Shown piece after piece: positions 58,801 to 64,000 of a DNA stretch of 64,000 bases. Below the pieces are notes generated by a model. It was not told where the DNA came from. It did no database searches and saw only the letters and a program-made list of their open reading frames with translations. This DNA comes from Planctomycetota bacterium (GTDB lineage: Bacteria; Planctomycetota; SZUA-567; H5-PLA8), in the NCBI GenBank assembly GCA_038227875.1, contig JBBRPR010000041.1, positions 13,811 through 77,810 on the forward strand, given 5' to 3'. Positions within the stretch are counted from its first letter, which is position 1; each line of letters opens with the position of its first letter. Both the position numbers and the translations under genes were made by a program.

Positions 58801-59757
58801 GAGTCGTACAAGGCCCGCTACGGAGACTGCAAAGACAAGGCGACGCTGATCACCGCGATGCTGAAAGAACTGGGCATCGATTCGCGGCTGGTGCTGATTC
58901 GCACCGTCAACGCTGGTGCGGTGCCGGCGGAATCACTGCCGATGCCGAATCTGTTCAACCACTGCATCGCGTACCTGCCGAACGTAGACGGGAAGGATTT
59001 CTACGTCGACGGCACGGCTGACTACCATCAGCTCGGCGACGTTCCGTACTCGGATCGCACGGCGCAGGTATTGGTGGTCGAGCCCGATAGCGGCAAGTTC
59101 ATGAAGATCCCAGTCAACACGCCGGAGGAGAATCTGATCGAGCAAACGTTTAAGGTGATGGTCGCCGCGGATGGCTCGGCGAAAATGCAGCAGCGGGACG
59201 TGCGCCACGGACAGTGGGCGCCGGGCTATCGCGAATTGAGCGAAACGCCGGGCCGCTTTGAACGCTACACAAAGGATGATGCAGCCAAGCGCTTGAACGG
59301 TGCGGAAGTGGTGAAACTGGCGACGTCGAAGTCCGATGAAGTCGGCCCGATGTGGATGGAGAGCGAATTCAAAATTCCGACCGTGACCTCACAGAGCGGC
59401 GACCGCAAAGCGCTGCCGGCCGCGTTCGAGCCGCTCTTCCTGTCTCAGCGCTATGCCAACGAAACGAAGCGCACGCATGACCTGCAACTGTTCTTCCCGT
59501 GGGAACGCAAGACGACGATCGAGTACACGCTGACCGATCCGCTGAAAGTCTCGACGCTGCCCAAGGACATCTCGATCGACGAACCGTTCGGCAAGTATTC
59601 GCGCAAGGTGACGCAGGAAGGCGCGACGGTGAAAATCGTCGAAGACTTCGTGGTCACGCAGACGCTGGTCAAAGCCGCTGACTATGATGCGTTCAAAACA
59701 TTCTGCGGGAAAGTGGACGTGATGATGGAGGATAAGGTGTTGGTGGATGGGAAGTGA
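55837..59757 (+). CDS. Secreted TPR + DUF3857 + transglutaminase-like protein
   Basis: Signal peptide, TPRs, W.LCGPF.N beta-sandwich, F.GLE.G.II, putative catalytic GDCKD, FNHC, VDGT. Confidence 0.8.
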   Translation: MPRISVRLCLPHIAALLLIVSGASRAAEPYSFPALGGAEASPETQKAFEQFYAGNLDEAVKQFRASTDKNPLDAAAWFGLGVNALGNCDLQSGLEMMCKALSVGRSSPWSELYVQRIAHILPYCSDPQPFRKLADELLNDAKVSPRLKECVRVKYSEWLEQRGDYDAARAMLKPLNFISQWALCGPFDNRDGSGFATAYEPETEVDFEKSVQGRNRRVSWFQPSAQPPDGKMELSDLFEPRIHVLAYGVSFVKAEKADWAVVRGGAAGGFAVWVNGQKAGAVADYNEYGADKLAAVVHLHQGWNKVLVKAAVVEDTSWAFSLRFCTLDGAPYPSLTADASAATLKEFNATKFEADEGKDKPVAFEGGLLRRLQETIKQEPDNITALSTYGYFYDIENWGKKEDRGAPKPLLHAVELAPKCPFLRLLVAGMSNDNNEARQNAEAALASHPKLPSTLEILANLAEDSRLHVIAEDYARQACACLGDKHCSLSTLALADALIERSDGASSGRKRDGASDRRAEAYRLVKKFASEHPYCADGWRRLAQLEVSTSARRGVVEQALKFCRGDDQIRQMWCDELSAQGKDREAAEFITQDDAIHPFSVQQVLTASNQFRRAGDLKLATQMLQNARTLAPENPDLLSALALAEHYQGKTAEATQLYSQVLQLKPNSPRVKDYLAELNEGKSTDRQFFAAFDIALKDLKLPKAEVYPNDNSVNVLHQEVVKLNTNYSASRMVHIVAKVLRPAGVSELARHQIYYDPERQVVDILHAAVITPDGRELSRADVRDVSTSAAAGVQTRIYDEHHLKQVYFPGLETGSIIDLQYTIRDTGDNLFGDYFSDTFYLSDDQPTIKSQYIIDYPKTLHIQSRTFRAEIQPEHLESPDTKRELMKWEHANSPGVMHEPSMPPLVDGLAQLQITTMSSWEEVGKWYWHLANESLDMNDDLRKELATITKECKTATEKVRAVQQFVVHQVRYLGIEFGRNGYKPHKATESYKARYGDCKDKATLITAMLKELGIDSRLVLIRTVNAGAVPAESLPMPNLFNHCIAYLPNVDGKDFYVDGTADYHQLGDVPYSDRTAQVLVVEPDSGKFMKIPVNTPEENLIEQTFKVMVAADGSAKMQQRDVRHGQWAPGYRELSETPGRFERYTKDDAAKRLNGAEVVKLATSKSDEVGPMWMESEFKIPTVTSQSGDRKALPAAFEPLFLSQRYANETKRTHDLQLFFPWERKTTIEYTLTDPLKVSTLPKDISIDEPFGKYSRKVTQEGATVKIVEDFVVTQTLVKAADYDAFKTFCGKVDVMMEDKVLVDGK

Positions 59758-59769
59758 TGCGCTTGCCAC

Positions 59770-59798
59770 TTGCTTCAAATCACCCTGCAATGTAGTAT
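59770..59798 (+). promoter_or_regulatory. Putative tRNA promoter
   Basis: TTGCTT-17 nt-TAGTAT. Confidence 0.4.
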
Positions 59799-59914
59799 GA
59801 CCGTCCGCTCGGAAACCGTGGGGTCACGCGGTGGTGCTTTGGCACCGTCGCCCTAGGAAAACGTGCGGATCAACGCAGTGATTGGCGTCGACGTGTAAAA
59901 CGCTAAGTCTTTAC

Positions 59915-59989
59915 GGTGGTTGTAGCTCAGCTGGTTAGAGCGTCTGACTGTGACTCAGAAGGTCGGGGGTTCGAGTCCCCTCAATCACC
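59915..59989 (+). tRNA. trnH: tRNA-His (GUG)
   Basis: G-1, acceptor GTGGTTG/CAATCAC, D arm AGCTCAGCTGGTTAGAGC, anticodon stem TCTGA-CTGTGAC-TCAGA, T loop GGTTCGAGTCC; CCA not encoded. Confidence 0.97.
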
Positions 59990-60102
59990 CTTAATCCTCC
60001 TATGTAAATCAACTCCCGCCCTTCTGACTATTGACGCGCCTTGACCCAAACCATAGACTTTCTGGGTCAAGGGCGGGTCAAGGGGTCAAGGGGATTTGGG
60101 CC

Positions 60103-61416
60103 ATGGGCAGAGCGTTCAACGATCATTATTACACCTCGAACGGCAAACGGCATCCACTCAAGGGTTGGTATATCGAGTGGCGCGACGCAACCGGGCGCAA
60201 ACTACGGCGCAAGGGCGGGGCAAGCAAAGCTGAGTCGCTCGAACTGCTGCGCCATGAAGAGTTGAAGGCGCGACGTGAGAAGAGCGGAATAACAACCCGC
60301 AACCCTTCAGAGCATTCCATTGAAGACCTGATGAAGTTCTATTCAGAATTCCAGTCGACGTCTTCCAAGTCGGGCGCGCGCACTACCACGAAACACGCTG
60401 AAGAAACCGGGCACCGTATACAAGCGTTCGTCGACCACGCGAAGGTGCGAACCGCTGCCGACATCACACAGACGAAACTGAATTCCTTTGTCGTTTACAT
60501 GCAACGGCAGACCGTCGAAAACAAAGACGGCGAGATCGTACCGAAGTACTCGAACCGCACTATTAACGCCTACACCATTTCCGTTAAGGGTCTCTGCTCA
60601 TGGGCGACCACGAAGGGCGGGGTTTATGAGGTCGACCCGGTAGCAGGACAGGGGAAACTTCCAGAAAGCGGGCACACTGTCCGCAACCGTCGCGCGATGA
60701 CAGACGACGAAATCAGACTCTTTTTGTTGTCTGCGGAGCATGGCCCCGAACGGCGCGCCAGGCGGGCAGCACTCGAACCGCGCAAACCTAAAGTAGACTT
60801 GCCCGCAGGCATCAAGTTCATGAACCGCCAAGAACACATGGCACTGCAGGGCATCAAAGACGATAGCCCCGACGCTGCGATCAGTCCTGCGCAGTGGCGC
60901 AAGTATCGATTCAAAGGTGAGTGCAACGTGCTGGCGTATCGACTGATGCTTGACGCTGGCTTACGGTTGAAGGAAGTGTCACGTCTCACGTGGGCAGACG
61001 TCGACTTTGAGAAGTGCACGCTCACGTTGAAGCTCACTAAAAGCGGGTCGACGCAGTTACAGCCGATATCTGAGACCACGCGCGACGACCTTCAACGGCA
61101 TCGTGAGCGGGCAGGGGAAACAAAGCAGACTGATAACGTGCTTAAAGTTTCGTCGCGCCTGTTACGTCAATTCGATGAAGACTTGGAAGCAGCGCAGATA
61201 GAGAAGCATAACGACCAGGGCAGTCTTGATCTTCACGCGCTGCGCCACACGTTCGCATCAAGACTGAGTGCAGCAGGCGTACCTGTGAAGACGCTGCAGG
61301 CGATGCTAAGACATTCGACCGTGCAGTTGACTCTGGACAAGTACGCGCACACGACAGACGACCAGCAGCGGGACGCCTACAAGAAACTTGACCCTGAAAT
61401 TGAAGACGGCGAATAA
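60103..61416 (+). CDS. Tyrosine recombinase/integrase
   Basis: Arm-binding N-domain (WYIEWRDA.G), core-binding domain, AGLR..E...L.W.DVD, K, HALRHTF, LRHS...LT...Y. Confidence 0.92.
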   Translation: MGRAFNDHYYTSNGKRHPLKGWYIEWRDATGRKLRRKGGASKAESLELLRHEELKARREKSGITTRNPSEHSIEDLMKFYSEFQSTSSKSGARTTTKHAEETGHRIQAFVDHAKVRTAADITQTKLNSFVVYMQRQTVENKDGEIVPKYSNRTINAYTISVKGLCSWATTKGGVYEVDPVAGQGKLPESGHTVRNRRAMTDDEIRLFLLSAEHGPERRARRAALEPRKPKVDLPAGIKFMNRQEHMALQGIKDDSPDAAISPAQWRKYRFKGECNVLAYRLMLDAGLRLKEVSRLTWADVDFEKCTLTLKLTKSGSTQLQPISETTRDDLQRHRERAGETKQTDNVLKVSSRLLRQFDEDLEAAQIEKHNDQGSLDLHALRHTFASRLSAAGVPVKTLQAMLRHSTVQLTLDKYAHTTDDQQRDAYKKLDPEIEDGE

Positions 61417-61425
61417 AATATTTTC

Positions 61426-61456
61426 GCGCCCGTTCAACCGTTTCGGGCGCAGGTTT
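61426..61456 (+). terminator. Hairpin after the integrase
   Basis: gcgcccg...cgggcgc followed by aggtttt. Confidence 0.45.
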
Positions 61457-61637
61457 TCACCATTTAATTTCATAGGCGTTTACATAGTTTGACATGATTG
61501 ATTTTACCATTTGCATAGTTTAATTATGTAAATATGTAAATTTAAGATATATATTGCGCGCGCCCGTTGCCTGCTGTATTTATGCGTTCAACGCCCCGAC
61601 TGTGTGCGGGGCAGTGAACGACCTGGAGAACAGACCC

Positions 61638-62009
61638 ATGGAAAAGCTGCAGCAGTTGAGCGACCTGATTGAAGCGTTGACCGTCCACTGTGAGCAGGTT
61701 GGGGAGTCGGCAGCGTCTGACGCATTAGCCCCGCTATACCTGGCGCGCGCTGAAGTCCATTTGCGGCAGGGTGACAAAGTCGCCGCACTGCGGGACGCCG
61801 TCGACGCTGCTTATCTCTTCAACCTGGTCTGTGAGGAAAAGGGCGAATTGGAATCCTGGTCTGTGATAGACGACATCAAGTCAGACCTGGCAGAGCTTGA
61901 CCCCGTCGCCCTGGCCAGTGTCGCCGATCTGGTCGCCGCTGCTGAGGGCGGGTCATACGTCTGCGCCGTCCGTGAACGCTTGGAAGCATGGCGCAGAAAA
62001 GTTGCATAA
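61638..62009 (+). CDS. Small acidic helical (TPR-like) hypothetical protein
   Basis: GGAGA RBS; LYLARAEVHLRQGDKVAALRD is TPR-like. Confidence 0.55.
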   Translation: MEKLQQLSDLIEALTVHCEQVGESAASDALAPLYLARAEVHLRQGDKVAALRDAVDAAYLFNLVCEEKGELESWSVIDDIKSDLAELDPVALASVADLVAAAEGGSYVCAVRERLEAWRRKVA

Positions 62010-62025
62010 AAATAATTTTCCATGA

Positions 62026-62330
62026 CGCTTTTTGGGAAGATTTGGTGATATAGATTATGTGGAAATCCTAAAAATCTGGGCAGGTCATCCGTGCTTTTCG
62101 CCCAGATTTGGCGATATAGATTATGGAATCTGTGTCGCCTTCCGACCAGTTTTGTCGGTATAGATTATGAGAAATCTGGTCTGCCAATGTTACTTTTCGC
62201 CCAGTTTTGGCGATATAGATAAGTAAGGAAACTGGTAAGTCATCCGTGCTTTTCGCCCAGTTTTGGGGATATAGATAAGTAAGGAAACTCTGCGGCTTTT
62301 TGGCCAGTTTTGTCGATATATACTATGTAG
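62026..62330. repeat. Six degenerate direct repeats, core CTTTTCGCCCAGTTTTGGCGATATAGAT
   Basis: GATATAGAT cores at 62047, 62113, 62157, 62212, 62268, 62315. Confidence 0.85.
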
Positions 62331-62717
62331 CCCTTCCGAAGTCCTACGACTGCAACCGAGTCGTTAACTCGGTCCTCTAGGCGGGTCGACAACCTACGAC
62401 GTACAAGCCCCTGGGCAGCAGGTAACGCCCAGGCACGAATACCACACCTAGCCAATGGGGCGCGTGTGGAGTCACGTTTAGACGGGTCGACGCTTTCACG
62501 CGCGACCACGTAGGGAGGTTTGTTGCCGTGGGAAAGAATAGTAAGCAGTTGACGGTATGGGCTGAAGTGCAGGCGCGTAATTTGGGGGTAGCAAGTGTGG
62601 CCCAGGCGGAATTTGAAGAGGGCGGCGGGTGTGCGTCCTGCTATGGCAAGCTTTGTTTTGGTCACGTCCGCACGGACGAACTTAACGGCGCGCACCCCTG
62701 CCCACTTGAACCGCTGC

Positions 62718-63620
62718 TCAAAGCACAGAACGACGTCGCCGTGTTCGCATGGTTTGAGCACAATTTCGGCGACGCGATTCATAGGCCTGCACGATTTTGC
62801 TGTTGGGATTGAGCTCCGGGCGGTACGCGCGTGCGGTCTGCTGTTGAACGGCGTCCAACTCGGGATCTTCGTGAGCGGTTGCAACCATGATGAAGTTTCC
62901 GGCTTCGTCGCGCAAATGTATCGTGCACGATTGGGCCACATTCGACACGGCCAGGCGCACGACTTTCTCCAGCGTCGTCTGCAGATCGAGCGATTGGGAC
63001 AGCACCGTGCTCAGCTCCGCCAGAAAGGCCGCGCGCTGTCGCGCTTTTTCCGCCTGATGGCGCAGCGCGGCTTCGTTTTCACAAATGCGAATACTGGTCA
63101 ACGTCGCACCGACCAGATTGCCGATGCCGACGCCGATGCGCACTTCCGAGGACGTAAAACGGTGCGGCGATTTGTAGTAGAAGACCAGCGTGCCGGAATT
63201 GGCACCGGAAATTTTCAACGGCACGACCAGCAGCGAACAGATGCCTTCGGTCCGCTGCAACTGGCGGTGTGTATCGAGAAACGGCGACTGCGCAACATCC
63301 TCAATCACCAGCGGCTGGCTGAGCATCGGTGTGGAATGATCGAGATTTAAAAACGTCAGCCGCTGGTATTCAGCGGAAAGGCCGGCGGACGTGACGATCG
63401 ACCATTTCCTCGTGAGCTGATCGTGGAGCCAGACCGCGTAGCTGTCGGCTGTGATCAGTGAGCGGCAGAGATCCAAGGTACGCGGGAGGACGTTTTCGAG
63501 CTTCAGGCTTCCGGCCAGGACGCTGGAAGATTCGATCAAGAGCGTCAGGTCTTCGATCAACTTTCGCAGCGACGCTTGTGTACTTTCTTGCTCGTTCAAG
63601 ATGATCTCCACATTGAGCAC
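62718..63620 (-). pseudogene. GAF-domain sensor fragment (second GAF truncated, no output domain)
   Basis: GAF1 (PLVIEDV..SP......EGI.SLL.VPL..G...G.L.FY...HRF...E), start of GAF2 (FLAELS..L.QSLD...TL..V..LAV), then loss of similarity. Confidence 0.6.
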
Positions 63621-64000
63621 TCAAATATATGAATTGACTGCCGATGAGATCAAATAGCGTCAGGTACTCTACACGACTTTTTGGCGATTCAATGTTTTCT
63701 GGCACTGCCCGGCAGAATTTGCTTCAGGTTGAAGTCGCAAATTGGCATTGACCGTGCGTTGAAGGTTGAAGAGTGGGGACTACATGTCAACAAGCATCCA
63801 TAAGCAGCGTGCTACATGGTTTCGGGGCTATGCGCTTTTTGCCGGATTGGCAATCATCGCGGCGGATGTCCCATCCGTTGTTGAAATTGGTTGAACGTCC
63901 GTAGCCGAAACCGAAACGTACCTTCCTTTCGCGGCCTCGTCAAGGGGCTCGCTTCGTATTGACCGCTTTGTCTACAGGACAGACGCGGTTTACAATCCAG

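Larger units (their letters stand above)
59990..64000. mobile_element. Integrative element / genomic island at tRNA-His (right end probably outside the window)
   Basis: Integrase immediately 3' of the tRNA, AT-richer tracts, repeat arrays, degenerate cargo; no second att copy seen. Confidence 0.7.

Noticed and set aside
62026..62330. CRISPR array
   Set aside because: Repeats are degenerate, linkers are short, uneven and partly repeated, and no cas genes are in the window
59990..64000. attR duplicate of the tRNA-His 3' end within the window
   Set aside because: Not found by eye; the element's end cannot be placed

Overview
High-GC bacterial chromosomal window. Gene content suggests a Planctomycetota-like diderm (inference: ECF sigma with a prenyltransferase-fold anti-sigma, many PhyH, LamG and PA14 proteins, lpxB). 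Recognisable core genes: menG/ubiE, a UbiD/MqnL decarboxylase, lexA, selB, ahbC, arsM, lpxB, rmlB/rmlD-like, hmgA-fahA, a btuB-like receptor under a cobalamin riboswitch, and tRNA-His(GUG) followed by a tyrosine-integrase element that appears to run off the right end. Main novelty candidate: five paralogous single-pass membrane proteins sharing an N-terminal C4 zinc finger (Cys6, CxxC-x22-24-CxxC), a Pro-rich linker and one TM helix. Four also share helical modules. Their C-terminal glycan-binding domains are interchangeable (PA14, LamG, CBM9-like), which resembles a transmembrane carbohydrate-sensing family. Also notable: a LacI-HTH-PilZ fusion regulator; a candidate direct-repeat LexA box shared by lexA and a DNA-repair radical SAM gene; a PhyH protein with a halogenase-like HxG motif; a nucleotidyltransferase-ankyrin fusion; and several architecture-defined repeat families (28-bp GACC..GGTC palindromes, inverted heptamer arrays, a 13x10-bp array, and a roughly helically phased 6-unit array in the integrated element). 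All domain calls come from reading motifs by eye; no database search was run.
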